Assembly (NCBI GenBank): GCA_963719505.1
Contig: CAVRCF010000005.1
Span: 1,199,643 to 1,263,642 of the forward strand
Direction of reading: 5' to 3'
Source: Halobacteriovoraceae bacterium
GTDB taxonomy: Bacteria; Bdellovibrionota; Bacteriovoracia; Bacteriovoracales; Bacteriovoracaceae
Length of the DNA: 64,000 nucleotides
In this document: in pieces, positions 40,081-52,947 of the stretch
Numbering within the stretch: the first letter of the stretch is position 1
Layout of the letters: the number at the start of each line of letters is the position of its first letter
Translations under genes and position numbers: made by a program
Notes under the pieces: model-generated
Told to the model about the DNA's origin: nothing
Database searches by the model: none
What the model saw: only the letters and a program-made list of their open reading frames with translations

Positions 40081-40458
40081 ATGGAAATCGACACCTCCGC
40101 TCCGGAGCCTATTTTTGAACAAATCATTGCACAATTAGGCAACGCCGTAATGGAGGGCAATCTTGTTTCAGGAGATAAGCTTAGCTCAATTCGGCAGCTG
40201 GCAAGTGACTTAGAAGTTAACCCAAATACTATAGCCAAAGCTTATTTGATACTTGAAGAATATAATATTATTGAAACTCGAGGTCGTGCAGGAAGCTTTG
40301 TTACTCATAATGCTAAAAATGCATATCTAAATTGGTTAGTCAGTTCAACATCTACAAAAATTAATGAGGCTTGGAATAAACTTAATACTTTGTCCTCATC
40401 AAAAGACCTTAGTAAAAAAGTTTGGAAGCTAGCGATAAAGGAGTTAAGAGATGAATAG
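40081..40458 (+). CDS. GntR family regulator, YtrA subfamily
   Basis: PIFEQI, LSSIRQLA..L.VNPNTIAKAY..LE, short C-terminal domain. Confidence 0.9.
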   Translation: MEIDTSAPEPIFEQIIAQLGNAVMEGNLVSGDKLSSIRQLASDLEVNPNTIAKAYLILEEYNIIETRGRAGSFVTHNAKNAYLNWLVSSTSTKINEAWNKLNTLSSSKDLSKKVWKLAIKELRDE

Positions 40459-41209
40459 CAATCCAACATTACTATGGTTTATTTTCCATGCTATCCAAAT
40501 TATTTTATTTAACTTCTATATTTCAAAAAAGATGTCTCATTTAAGTTTTATTTTTCTTAAGAGAAGAAATCCTCATCTTGTCGAGAGCTTATTAAACAAG
40601 CAATACCTACACACTCCTATGATCGATTACGTTATTGGCTTTATAGCTTTGGGTTTTCTTTCTTGGGGATATTTTAGCTTTTCGTCCCAACTGTACTGGA
40701 GTGGTAAGTACACATCTCTTTTTGGTTTTCTTTTTGTCTCATCAACAATTGACCTTATTCAATACGAAAGATTAAAAAGAAAGATCCCCCTAGTTGCCAA
40801 AAGGTCAGCAGACTTTAAGGCAAGAGGTGTTGGCAAAAGTGTACCGATTTGGTGCTGGATACTCTTCTTATTTCTCAGCATCGTTGGACTATTTTTTGTC
40901 GGTAACACTAAGGTTTTTCTCATCCAACTGGGTGTAATAATTTTCATTTTAGCTTCAGGGTATTCAATAGAGAAAAGAGCAAAGCTTCCCATTGAACAAA
41001 ATGAGGATAAGGAATATAGAGAAAGTGAGGTGTGGACTGTCTATATTATCGGAGTAACCTTAGCCATCGCTCCAATCTTAAGCAGGTTCTTTGGTCATTA
41101 TGGTATTGATGCAATTTATTCTTCACTTGCTATCGTTTCATTTCTTCTTTTTATAAACTCAAAAGTGTATAAAAAAATTATAGATAAAGATGAGCCGCTC
41201 TCTCTATAA
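40451..41209 (+). CDS. Multi-pass membrane protein
   Basis: About 7 hydrophobic segments; overlaps the GntR gene end. Confidence 0.75.
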   Translation: MNSNPTLLWFIFHAIQIILFNFYISKKMSHLSFIFLKRRNPHLVESLLNKQYLHTPMIDYVIGFIALGFLSWGYFSFSSQLYWSGKYTSLFGFLFVSSTIDLIQYERLKRKIPLVAKRSADFKARGVGKSVPIWCWILFLFLSIVGLFFVGNTKVFLIQLGVIIFILASGYSIEKRAKLPIEQNEDKEYRESEVWTVYIIGVTLAIAPILSRFFGHYGIDAIYSSLAIVSFLLFINSKVYKKIIDKDEPLSL

Positions 41210-41232
41210 GAGAGTCACGGCCCGTACTTTTT

Positions 41233-43507
<2,275 letters not shown>

Positions 43508-43574
43508 CTTACATCCTTTGTTTTTTAGTTTATTCAAGTGACAAAAGGGTAAGCCGTAAATTCGATTCTTTCTA

Positions 43575-43610
43575 TTAGATTTTTCTTATTAATACATAGA
43601 CAAAATTTAT
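43575..43610. promoter_or_regulatory. Possible OxyR/LysR-type operator upstream of katG
   Basis: TTAG-N7-TTAT-N6-ATAG-N7-TTAT, resembling the ATAG-N7-CTAT repeat. Confidence 0.4.
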
Positions 43611-43681
43611 AATGACAACAAGCATTGTAGATTTTTTTCAAGAGATTGAAATTACATAAAAGCTAAAAGCAACTCAAAGGA

Positions 43682-44292
43682 TTAGAATTTATTTCTATCC
43701 GCTAATGTAGGTTCAACGATCGGCTTGCCAGAGAATTGGTCAAAAAAAGGATTAGGGTTATAGGACTTTATTATCTTACCTATGACAATCATCTTCAACA
43801 TTTTTAAGCCTATGCTCAAAGGAAATTTTGGATGTGAGTGATGGGGAATCTCTCCTACTGCATATTTATTCATACAACGAGCGGCAATTTCACCGAGAGC
43901 ATCTTCTTTGCTCATAGGTAAATTTTTAATATCAATTGAACTTGTTATCACTCCCGTAAACGCTACTTTTGCACCCAGCGTGTTCGCAAGAGGAGAATGA
44001 CAACATTTTGCATACCACCATAAAGACCTTTGGGTGTTAGCCGTAAACAAGCGATGTTCTCTTTGCCTTTATGAAAAGAAACTTTATTGGGAGTTACTTG
44101 ATAAATCTCTGTACCACCATTTGAGTCTAAAGTTTTATCTTCTGCTTTAAGATATTTTGCGTATTTTTGACAATCATCACAGTAGCAAATCAGATAGTTC
44201 CCCTTTTTGGGTTTATCTAAAATGGAGCCTTCAATTTCACCACATGAACACTTCAAAGGAATTTTTATTTTTTTGGTCGAATCTAAAACCAC
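43682..44292 (-). pseudogene. GFA-like (DUF6151) Zn protein split by one frameshift near 44020
   Basis: CSCG and CYCDDCQ in one frame; WYAKCCHSPLAN in another; one added base restores KGLYRWYA. Confidence 0.75.
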
Positions 44293-44305
44293 TTGCTTCC
44301 CCTTG

Positions 44306-45859
44306 TCAGTTCGCTTTGATAATTTTAATAGGTGTCTTAGCCTTTAATTCGTATAAATCATCCCTTCGATCAAAAAGTGGCCTTACACTCCCTACTTCTC
44401 TTTGGGCATGAAGAGTTGTTAGATCAACATCTGCAACGACTACTGTCTCAACATTTGGATCTGCTTCTCCCTCTAGTGAATTTGTTGGAAAGGCAATATC
44501 ACTTGGTGTAATAATCGCGGCTTGTCCATAATTGATTGGATAGGACTTAACAGGAAGATTCCCAACATTGCCTGCAATGGCGACATAAATATAATTCTCA
44601 ATCGCTCTAGCAAAAGCGCTGTTTCTCACCCTATTGTAGGCTTTTCTCTCATCAGTGCTAAAAGGGACAAAAAGGATTTCAACTCCCGCTAAAGTGAGAA
44701 GCCTAGTCACTTCTGGAAACTCTACATCATAACAAATTTGAATCGCAATTTTACCGTAAGGTGTTTCAAAAACGCTAATCCCCTCACCTGGTAGAATATC
44801 GAAGTACTTTCTCTCTCCCGGAGTAATATGAAGCTTATCTTGTTCAAAAATTTTACCCGATGGCGTAAAAAGGTGCGCAACATTATACATCCCATCTTTT
44901 CTCATTACAGGATGAGAGCCACCAATGATATAGATTTTTGACTCCTTAGCTTTTCTTGAAAGAAGTTCTCTATACTTATCGGTATATTCTGAGAGCTTTC
45001 TCATCGCCTTAGCACCCGAGAGGTTTGGGTCAAATAAGCTAAAAAGTTGAACCGTAAAGTATTCGGGTAAAAGCAGAAAGTGACTATGATAGATGGAAGC
45101 TGTATCAACGAAGAAGGCAACATTTCTTTCAAACTCATCCCAATCCGCAATCTTTTTTAGCTCCCATTGGCCTGCACAAATACGAACTTTTCTCACTGCT
45201 TTCTTTATTATTGGTGAAGAGTTTTTTCTTTTGGCATCGTTGAATTCAGGATTTTTCAAAACCAGCCAAGTTGCATAGTTCATACTGGATTTGTCTTGAA
45301 CAAAGTCTAGCAAAACACTTTGAACTTTATAACCAACTCTTAAGTGAGCACTGAGAGCTGGATCTTTCAATTTTCCTTTAGAAACTTTCTCGACATACTC
45401 CTCGGCGTTCATCTTCCCCGCGTGATCAATGAATCCTGGGATGCGTCCATGAGCAACCATTCTTTTTAGATTATATTTCTTCAATAACTTTAAACGCTTT
45501 TCGTAAAGAAGTCCTACAAGCCCCTTGTTACGATACTCAGGTATTATTCCAATATCTGCCCCATAGAGGCTGTCTCCTGAGACATTATGAGTAGAGAAAG
45601 ATCCTCTGCCTGTTATTTCATCGTAGGTGTAAGTGGCGTCGTCAGAGTCCATTTGAACGATTATTGAGCAGGCATATCCCACAATTTTTTTGTCGACTTC
45701 TAAAAGAAACTGGCCATCTGGAAAGTTTTTAAACTGTAGGGCGAAAATTCGTCTTCCGAAATGATCACTAAAATCGGTATAAATCGCTTTGTGACAGCTC
45801 ACGATGCCCTCTATATCTTCTTCTTTCCATCTTCTTACTTTTGCATTTTTCATCAACAT
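44306..45859 (-). CDS. GNAT acetyltransferase / carbon-nitrogen hydrolase fusion
   Basis: N-terminal GNAT (PEYRNKG); nitrilase triad LLPEYF, QDKLH, ICYDVEFPE. Confidence 0.9.
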   Translation of the reverse strand: MLMKNAKVRRWKEEDIEGIVSCHKAIYTDFSDHFGRRIFALQFKNFPDGQFLLEVDKKIVGYACSIIVQMDSDDATYTYDEITGRGSFSTHNVSGDSLYGADIGIIPEYRNKGLVGLLYEKRLKLLKKYNLKRMVAHGRIPGFIDHAGKMNAEEYVEKVSKGKLKDPALSAHLRVGYKVQSVLLDFVQDKSSMNYATWLVLKNPEFNDAKRKNSSPIIKKAVRKVRICAGQWELKKIADWDEFERNVAFFVDTASIYHSHFLLLPEYFTVQLFSLFDPNLSGAKAMRKLSEYTDKYRELLSRKAKESKIYIIGGSHPVMRKDGMYNVAHLFTPSGKIFEQDKLHITPGERKYFDILPGEGISVFETPYGKIAIQICYDVEFPEVTRLLTLAGVEILFVPFSTDERKAYNRVRNSAFARAIENYIYVAIAGNVGNLPVKSYPINYGQAAIITPSDIAFPTNSLEGEADPNVETVVVADVDLTTLHAQREVGSVRPLFDRRDDLYELKAKTPIKIIKAN

Positions 45860-45968
45860 CCTCTTGGTAATTTACCTTTTGATATTCTCATATTTTTAAA
45901 AGCCTAGTCCAATTTAATTAGATAAAGTACAGTGACAAAAGAACTCAGTTTTAAATCGGTAATGCCTT

Positions 45969-47165
45969 ATGCAAAAGTTGGTCTACTTTTCTCTTTATTT
46001 CTCAGAAGGAGCCCCAATTGGGTTTATCTGGTGGGCCATGCCTTCTATTTTAAGCGCCCAAGGATTCTCAACAACTGAGATTGCCACAATTTCTGCCCTT
46101 GCGGCTCTTCCTTGGTCATTTAAGTTTCTCTTTGCCCCTCTCATCGATATTGTCTCCATGAACTGGATGAAGCTAAAGAATCAACTGGTGATTTTTCAGA
46201 TTGCTATGGGCTTTAGTTTACTTTTTTTAGAAAGTGCGATTGAGAGCCAACAAACAAGTCGAATTTTAATCGTTCTCATTACCCATGGAGTCTTTGCTGC
46301 GCTTCAAGATATCTCTATTGATGCAATGGCCATACGTACGATTCCAAAAGATCAGGTTGGAAAGATCAACGGAATCATGCAAACTGGAATGTTGGTGGGT
46401 CGCTCAATTTTTGGTGGAGCTGGAGTTTATTTGGCCTATTTGTTTGGCCTTGACATCATGGTCTATTTTCTCATTGGATCGATTTGGATTTCTCTTATCA
46501 TTTTTAAAACATCCAATTTTTCATCTGCCCCTCTTCTTAAAATTTCCATGTCTCAGTATTTGACAGACTTTTTTGCGATCCTTAAAAAAAAATCGATATG
46601 GTTACTTCTTGGTGTAACATTTTTTGCGGGTTTCTCTTACAATGGAATCTCAACGATAGCGGGGGCGGTCTTAACCAAAAAAGGGGCATCCCCCCAGCTC
46701 TACGGTCTCACCTACAGCTTACTACTGCCAGTTTTTATGTCAGCCGGTGCGCTCCTTGGAGGATACCTCAGTGACAAACTTCACTCCATAAAGACATTTT
46801 GCTTTTCCGTTATCCTCTCAATTTTAAGTTCTCTTTTAGTGGGTGTAAGCATTGATACCCTGACAGACAACTATCTTCTCATTTCGACCTATGCCATTTT
46901 TTACTTTTTTATTGGAAGTACCACAGCTTCCCTTTATGGCTTTCTCATGAAAAACACTTCAAAGGAATTTGCTGCCCTTGAATTTTCCATTTTTATGGCG
47001 TTGGTTAATCTTTGTGATTCAACAAGTAGCTATATGACTGGTCAATTGCTTTTGTCCTACAACTATCTCATGACCTCGGCGATCATAGGGTCTATTTGTA
47101 TTTTTAGTCTTTTATTCATTTCGATTTTTGAAAAGAATAGAGCTACTTCGACTCATAAACATTAA
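45969..47165 (+). CDS. MFS transporter, AmpG-like
   Basis: LYFSEGAP, LPWSFKFLFAPLID, QDISIDA; about 12 TMs. Confidence 0.85.
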   Translation: MQKLVYFSLYFSEGAPIGFIWWAMPSILSAQGFSTTEIATISALAALPWSFKFLFAPLIDIVSMNWMKLKNQLVIFQIAMGFSLLFLESAIESQQTSRILIVLITHGVFAALQDISIDAMAIRTIPKDQVGKINGIMQTGMLVGRSIFGGAGVYLAYLFGLDIMVYFLIGSIWISLIIFKTSNFSSAPLLKISMSQYLTDFFAILKKKSIWLLLGVTFFAGFSYNGISTIAGAVLTKKGASPQLYGLTYSLLLPVFMSAGALLGGYLSDKLHSIKTFCFSVILSILSSLLVGVSIDTLTDNYLLISTYAIFYFFIGSTTASLYGFLMKNTSKEFAALEFSIFMALVNLCDSTSSYMTGQLLLSYNYLMTSAIIGSICIFSLLFISIFEKNRATSTHKH

Positions 47166-47562
47166 CCATCTCGCTATGTAATGGACCTCTATTTTTAAAA
47201 CGAAACCGTCGCAACATTCTAAATGACTCAAGCGAATAGTCTGACAGAACAAAAGTCAAAAGCATCGATGCAAAAGAGACAAAGAATAAGGCCAAGCAAA
47301 TATGATATTCTTTTATCCATGGATTTGCTTCACTTAAAAGCCACGACACATTCATCACAATCCATGTCAGCACTGTAAAGTTAATTCCTTTTTCCACAGG
47401 CTTTTGGGATACCAAAAGGGTCAAAAGTCCTGTGACAATAGTTGGAAGGGCAAAAAAGTAGGCCAAGGATTGGTATTCTAACATCCAAGAACTATCCATT
47501 AGAAACCAACAGATAGAGTTCAACACCTCTAAAAGATAAATTGTTTTTGCATTGTCTTTCAT
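47143..47562 (-). CDS. Small membrane protein
   Basis: Four hydrophobic segments. Confidence 0.65.
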   Translation of the reverse strand: MKDNAKTIYLLEVLNSICWFLMDSSWMLEYQSLAYFFALPTIVTGLLTLLVSQKPVEKGINFTVLTWIVMNVSWLLSEANPWIKEYHICLALFFVSFASMLLTFVLSDYSLESFRMLRRFRFKNRGPLHSEMVNVYESK

Positions 47563-47647
47563 TTGGTCTTCTCACAGAGGGTTTAGTAGCTGCGATTTTA
47601 CACTAATAATGAAAAACTCATTATGCAAAATGAATGGTCTATAGAAA

Positions 47648-48154
47648 TTACCTTATGCTTCTGACAAGGGCTTTACTCACCCCTTCAAGGTCATCCATAT
47701 TAAGTTCCTCTTTAAAGGTAGCTCTAACCTGACGTCCTAAAACATTCATTCCGATATAAGACAGTTGGGTTCTTAAAGACACGAGTGCTGGAACACCTCC
47801 ACCACCACTAAAAGTTGCAATGGCAACGGGCTTGTCATTAAAAGAAGATCTCCAATCAGAACCTCCACCTCTACTAATCCAAGCAATCATACTTGTTACC
47901 ACAGGAGGAACACCGCCATTATATTCAGGAATAACAAAAACAAAGCCCTTGGCTTGATTAAATTGTTTTACCAACTCGTAAACCTTCTCGGGGATTCCTT
48001 TTGATTCTTCTAAAGTCGTATAAAGTGGAATCTCCAAGGAAACAAGATTGATAACTTCTGAAGAAACGTTCATCTTCTCTAGGCATTTATGAAATTGATT
48101 TGAATGATCTAAATTTTTATTGCTACTACCTGCAATGATAACTATATCACTCAT
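47648..48154 (-). CDS. NADPH-dependent FMN reductase
   Basis: PEYNGG, WISR, KPVAIATFSGGGG. Confidence 0.88.
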   Translation of the reverse strand: MSDIVIIAGSSNKNLDHSNQFHKCLEKMNVSSEVINLVSLEIPLYTTLEESKGIPEKVYELVKQFNQAKGFVFVIPEYNGGVPPVVTSMIAWISRGGGSDWRSSFNDKPVAIATFSGGGGVPALVSLRTQLSYIGMNVLGRQVRATFKEELNMDDLEGVSKALVRSIR

Positions 48155-48453
48155 TTTTGACTCGCTTATTTTAAAAGTTTTACCTTTATCCCGTAAAGGT
48201 CTTAAGTTCTTAAGAGATCATCATAAGTGAAAGGTTAAAGAATATAAAGCTTAAATTAAGGGCCTTAAGAATCCAAGGAAAGTTGGCAATTCTCCATTTT
48301 AACTGCTTTAAGCCCTTTTTATTGGGCCATCTAAGTGTTTAAAAACGTGTCCATTTGGAGCTGACATTAAAACTTTTAATCACAAATGCAGTTGTGCCTT
48401 ATAATCAATCAATTGTTTTATCGAGAGTTGTTTTCCACCAAGGAGTTGTACGT

Positions 48454-48702
48454 ATGTTTAGTAGCGAAAAGTTTAAAGAGTCATTAAAAGGTCAATTTAA
48501 AGAAAGTGTTCAGATGGCAATTCAAGAATGTTATAGCGACTATCAAAATACATTAGATATAGAGCTACTGCATGAAAAATTGAGCTCTCTTCAACGCTTT
48601 GCTCTTAGAGATGGTTTTAAGCCCCATGAATGGAGCGACCTTATTTCCAATCTATGCCCCGAGTCTTATACCGAGTACACCGGTCTTGAAATTGCTGCAT
48701 AA
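48454..48702 (+). CDS. Hypothetical protein ending in LEIAA
   Basis: AAGGAG RBS before MFSSEK; followed by hairpin GCCGATC-GAGA-GGTCGGC. Confidence 0.65.
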   Translation: MFSSEKFKESLKGQFKESVQMAIQECYSDYQNTLDIELLHEKLSSLQRFALRDGFKPHEWSDLISNLCPESYTEYTGLEIAA

Positions 48703-48818
48703 TATAGTGATGAGCCGATCGAGAGGTCGGCGAAATCTCTATTCATGATGACAAACATCAATAAAAGGCCACTCCTATTTAACCTTTAAGAATTGATATG
48801 TTATTATTTTGAACAACT

Positions 48819-50078
48819 ATGAACTACTACGCAATTGATTTTGGTACATCCAATTCTTTAATAAATTTTATTTCAGATTCAAAAGAGATCATTCGTATTC
48901 CCATGGAAGAGGATGGTCAATATATTCTCAGATCTCTTATCTTTACAACTGATCAAAGAAGCTGGTTTTTTGGAGAGCAGGCCATTAAAGAATATACTGA
49001 AAATGATGGAGAAGGTCGCTTTTTGCGCTCCCTTAAGAAATTTCTAGCTGACCCTGGTTTTAAAGGATCTGAAATCCACAATAAAAAGTATTCAATTGAA
49101 GCTATGATTGCTGTTTTTCTAAGAGAGATGAAAAGAAGGGCTGATCTGTTCACAGGAAAAAATATAGAAAATGTTGTTATGGGGCGTCCCGCAAAATACT
49201 CAACTAATAAGGACCATGATCAGCTTGCTGAAGATAGGATGCGTAAGGCTTGTCAACTTGCTGGTTTTAAAACAATTCACTTTTGTCCTGAGCCACTGGC
49301 CGCAGGTCTCGATTTCGATAGTGAAAATAAGAAAAAGAAAATCGTTCTCATCGCGGATTTTGGAGGAGGGACCTCAGACTTTACTCTCATGCAACTCCAC
49401 AGCGGACAATATACTCAAGATGATATTTTGGGTTTGTCGGGTATCTACAAAGCCGGAGATTCACTGGATGGAGAGATGATGCACAAATTTATCTCTAAAC
49501 ACTTTGGCTCAAATTTTAGCTTTAAACTACCAATGGGTGATCAAACTCTTTCATTTCCAAGAGCTCTTCTAAAAAAGATTTGCTCCCCCGCCCATATAAC
49601 TCACTTAAGAGAGAAAGACACTTGGAACTATTTAAAGACCATTCATCCTTTCGCCAAAGACGAACAAAGCAGACGTCAACTAAATCAACTCTTCGCTCTT
49701 ATTGAATGGCAACTGGGCTACACACTTTTCCATCAAATTGAGAAATCAAAAATTGAAATCTGCTCGAATGATTTAACTTCTCACACCTTTAGATTTTCTC
49801 ACCATGAAATTGATATTGAACAGGTCATTGATAAAAAAGAGTACAATGAAGCTATGAGTAGTATTGTGGAGGAAATTATCGAGACAATGTTGGATGTTTT
49901 TAACCAATCAGACATTTTACCCAAGCAAGTTGATGAAGTTGTTCTCACAGGAGGAACAGCTCAGTTCACTCAAATCCAGAATCGTCTCGCTGAAATATTT
50001 GGCAAAGAAAAGCTTATAGAACACGATATTTACCAGTCTGTCGTCGGAGGTCTTTCTCAGTACGCAGTCCTCCTCTAA
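48819..50078 (+). CDS. Hsp70-family protein, YegD-like
   Basis: IDFGTSNS, GRP, EPLAA, DFGGGTSDF, LTGGT; no substrate-binding domain. Confidence 0.88.
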   Translation: MNYYAIDFGTSNSLINFISDSKEIIRIPMEEDGQYILRSLIFTTDQRSWFFGEQAIKEYTENDGEGRFLRSLKKFLADPGFKGSEIHNKKYSIEAMIAVFLREMKRRADLFTGKNIENVVMGRPAKYSTNKDHDQLAEDRMRKACQLAGFKTIHFCPEPLAAGLDFDSENKKKKIVLIADFGGGTSDFTLMQLHSGQYTQDDILGLSGIYKAGDSLDGEMMHKFISKHFGSNFSFKLPMGDQTLSFPRALLKKICSPAHITHLREKDTWNYLKTIHPFAKDEQSRRQLNQLFALIEWQLGYTLFHQIEKSKIEICSNDLTSHTFRFSHHEIDIEQVIDKKEYNEAMSSIVEEIIETMLDVFNQSDILPKQVDEVVLTGGTAQFTQIQNRLAEIFGKEKLIEHDIYQSVVGGLSQYAVLL

Positions 50079-50083
50079 ACCGA

Positions 50084-51184
50084 TTACTTATTTGTCACAA
50101 AAATTTTATTAATAAGTTTTTTTAAAGGTAAAACTTCAAGAATATACCTCTCGATAGTTGCGCGATCATTATACGTTTTTACCGTTCCGGAAACCTCAGC
50201 AAACTCTCCATAGATACTAATGGAGATATACTTTGCTCCATCAAAAAAACTTTTAATTTCATTTTCTAATTGCTTAGCTTTTTTGACATTTTTTCTAACT
50301 GCAGAGGCTCCATACTTAACATCTGTGATAACATCTCGAACACCCCCTTGTTTGTTAATAAACCTTTCAATATCAACGATACTGGTGTGATTAGAAGCAG
50401 CCCCAGACAACGTAACAGTGTCTTCCTTAACCTTTACAGATAAAGAGCGTTTCTGTCCTCCAAGGACGTTACCTATGTACATCTTAATCTTTCTCTCAAG
50501 CTCTTTACTCTTTAATTTCTTTAGAGGTTTAACTTCGATATTTCTTGAGATAACTCTTTTTACTCCAAGAACTTTTGAACTTTCTACTTTTATAATCTCC
50601 TTATCATGAAGTGATTTTACTTTTCCTTGTAAGAAAACAAATCCTTCAATAACTTTTACACTGATCCCTTTATAGTTCCCATTTAAGACTAAATGAGATT
50701 TCACCATCTCCGAGAGCATCCTATCGCCTTTACTCTTACCTGTGGCTTTTGGATGAGGTCTCAATGATTCAATTAGAAGGGCATGCAAAATGCTAGATTC
50801 TTTAGGCCACTTTATAACCCCCTGCAAACCCCTTTGATAAAGTGCCGTATAGAAGCTAGGCCTTTTATCCTCTCTTGAAAGGTAGAAGATTGGAATCGTA
50901 GTATAAAACTCAAGAAGAGCATCGAGGTAAACTTTGAGTTTGAACTTAACATGTTTCTCATCAACAATAATTGCTATGGTTAAAGGGTTAACTGTCTCCT
51001 CTAACTGATCAACATCAGAGAAAATCACTAGGATATTAAAATTTCTCTCTATTTCTTGAATCTTTCTTCGTATCTCTTTTCCACCAACAATAACAATATT
51101 TGGAACCTTATATGAATAAAGATTCATTAATTTGCCTTTGGGCTTAGTTTTAATTGCGACTTTATTCTTTCTTACTGGTTGCAT
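50084..51184 (-). CDS. BON-domain protein with N-terminal receiver-like domain
   Basis: Repeated I.V.V..G.V.L.G...GV..V...I BON patterns. Confidence 0.7.
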   Translation of the reverse strand: MQPVRKNKVAIKTKPKGKLMNLYSYKVPNIVIVGGKEIRRKIQEIERNFNILVIFSDVDQLEETVNPLTIAIIVDEKHVKFKLKVYLDALLEFYTTIPIFYLSREDKRPSFYTALYQRGLQGVIKWPKESSILHALLIESLRPHPKATGKSKGDRMLSEMVKSHLVLNGNYKGISVKVIEGFVFLQGKVKSLHDKEIIKVESSKVLGVKRVISRNIEVKPLKKLKSKELERKIKMYIGNVLGGQKRSLSVKVKEDTVTLSGAASNHTSIVDIERFINKQGGVRDVITDVKYGASAVRKNVKKAKQLENEIKSFFDGAKYISISIYGEFAEVSGTVKTYNDRATIERYILEVLPLKKLINKIFVTNK

Positions 51185-51303
51185 TTTGAAATCCCTTTGT
51201 CTTTTTAAGATTATAGAGTCTTTTTAACCATTTTGATAATTAATTAAGGATGAGGCTGTGATGCACAGGTGAGACCCTCTTTAGAGGGTCTTTCTTTTGA
51301 TTA

Positions 51304-51477
51304 CTATTTTCCACAACATTTTTTATATTTTTTTTGACTTCCACAGGAGCAAGGATCATTTCTTCCAATTTTCTCCCCCGTTCTTTTAATAGGAGTTAAT
51401 TGCTCGTGTCCATGATTACAGTTTGGCCCGTGAACATGCCCAACTTCTTCTTTATTTTCATTACTTTCAGATGTCAT
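51304..51477 (-). CDS. Small SEC-C motif metal-binding protein (57 aa)
   Basis: Manual translation ...[11 protein letters not shown]...[22 protein letters not shown]. Confidence 0.9.
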   Translation of the reverse strand: MTSESNENKEEVGHVHGPNCNHGHEQLTPIKRTGEKIGRNDPCSCGSQKKYKKCCGK

Positions 51478-51485
51478 ATCTATTC

Positions 51486-51854
51486 CTATTGATGAGATAA
51501 AATAAGTTTAATATCTTTTTGACCCAGCTCAATTTTTTTCTTTGTTACAACTTCTAATCCACTTTTATCCATCGGGCTTCCAGAAGGACTTATTCTCGCC
51601 GTAATTGCAAATGGTCCTTCAAAAGGAATTTGTTTCATCATGGCATCTTTTTGACTCAATTCAAATTTTACGGGGAAAACAGGTTTCTCTATTTTTTTTA
51701 CGGCTAATGGCATTCGCATTGTCCCGTCAAATTTTTTAGCAAAGATAAAAAGAACACCCTTAGGAACCTTCCCTTTTACGCTAACCTCTCCTGAGATTGT
51801 TTCAGCTAAGCCTAGGTTCGCTATTAAAAAGCACATGACTAATATAAGTTTCAT
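51486..51854 (-). CDS. Secreted protein resembling the C-terminal Ig-like domain of CcmH/CcmI
   Basis: LFIFAK...MPLAVKK...FPVKFEL...AM...ARISPSG. Confidence 0.65.
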   Translation of the reverse strand: MKLILVMCFLIANLGLAETISGEVSVKGKVPKGVLFIFAKKFDGTMRMPLAVKKIEKPVFPVKFELSQKDAMMKQIPFEGPFAITARISPSGSPMDKSGLEVVTKKKIELGQKDIKLILSHQ

Positions 51855-51927
51855 TTCCCCCCCCTGGTTTGATTATTGGTTTAGGGACTTTTACATCATA
51901 TATATTCATAGTGTCAAAGATAATGCT

Positions 51928-52947
51928 TTAGATCGTCATCGTGACTTTTGAAAGAAACCTCGGGTTATCAGGATCAAGATCTCTGGCCTTTGCTAGGCTT
52001 TCAACCATTAAGTAAAAACTATAAATAAGATTAAGGGTATCCAAATAGAGATGACAATTTGGTGCGTAGAGGCAATCTTCATCACTGATATATTTATCAC
52101 TTATGATACAAACTTTAGCTCCTCGTTTTCTCAAATCTAAGCCCGTCTCAATCAAACTCTCCTGCTCGACTCCTCTCAGAGCAAATATTAAAACGGGAAA
52201 GTCATCTCCAACGACGGCCTGAGGACCGTGCTTAATTTCCGCACTCGAAAAAGATTCGGCCTGGATATGACATGTCTCTTTCAACTTTAAGGCCGCCTCG
52301 TGAGCGATAGTAAATCCAAGACCTCGCCCCACGATCATCATCTGGTCACAGTCTGTTAACATCTCTACAATTTCAGGCCAGTGACAAGAGAGTTGTGTGG
52401 GCAAATGTTCTGGAGCTTTCTCAATCGCACCTAAAAATTCACTATCTTCAGCAACCTGTGCCACTAAAGAGGCTCCTGCATATAACGATGCGATGAAAGA
52501 CTTGGTAGCGGCAACAGAAGTTTCCTCTCCAGCACAAAGAGGATAAACAAGAGTCGCTTCACTTGCTAAAGGTGAATTTGTATCATTAACAAAAGCCAAA
52601 GAAGTAGACTTTTGTTTATTCACAAGCCCAACCAGAGAAAGAATATCTGGACTCTTACCTGACTGAGAAATTGCGACTCCAATTGCTTTTGAAAAATCAA
52701 GGTCAACTCTATGAACTGAAACAAGGGAAGGGCTCAGGGACATCGATAATTTTTTAAGCTCTAATGAAGCGAGATAATTAAAGTATGCAGCTGCATGATC
52801 ACTACTTCCCCTAGCAAAAGTTGCAAAGCAAAATGGGTTTATCTTTTTTATCTGATCAGAAATTTGAATTCTAACTTTCGAATTTTGGGACCACTGTTTT
52901 TTTAAGACATCTTTTGTTTGTAAAGTCTCTTCAAGCATTTTTGTCAT
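51928..52947 (-). CDS. SIS-domain glucosamine-6-phosphate deaminase (NagB-II type)
   Basis: ARGSSDHAA, ISQSGKSPD, SVAATKS, EAALKLKET, HGP. Confidence 0.85.
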   Translation of the reverse strand: MTKMLEETLQTKDVLKKQWSQNSKVRIQISDQIKKINPFCFATFARGSSDHAAAYFNYLASLELKKLSMSLSPSLVSVHRVDLDFSKAIGVAISQSGKSPDILSLVGLVNKQKSTSLAFVNDTNSPLASEATLVYPLCAGEETSVAATKSFIASLYAGASLVAQVAEDSEFLGAIEKAPEHLPTQLSCHWPEIVEMLTDCDQMMIVGRGLGFTIAHEAALKLKETCHIQAESFSSAEIKHGPQAVVGDDFPVLIFALRGVEQESLIETGLDLRKRGAKVCIISDKYISDEDCLYAPNCHLYLDTLNLIYSFYLMVESLAKARDLDPDNPRFLSKVTMTI

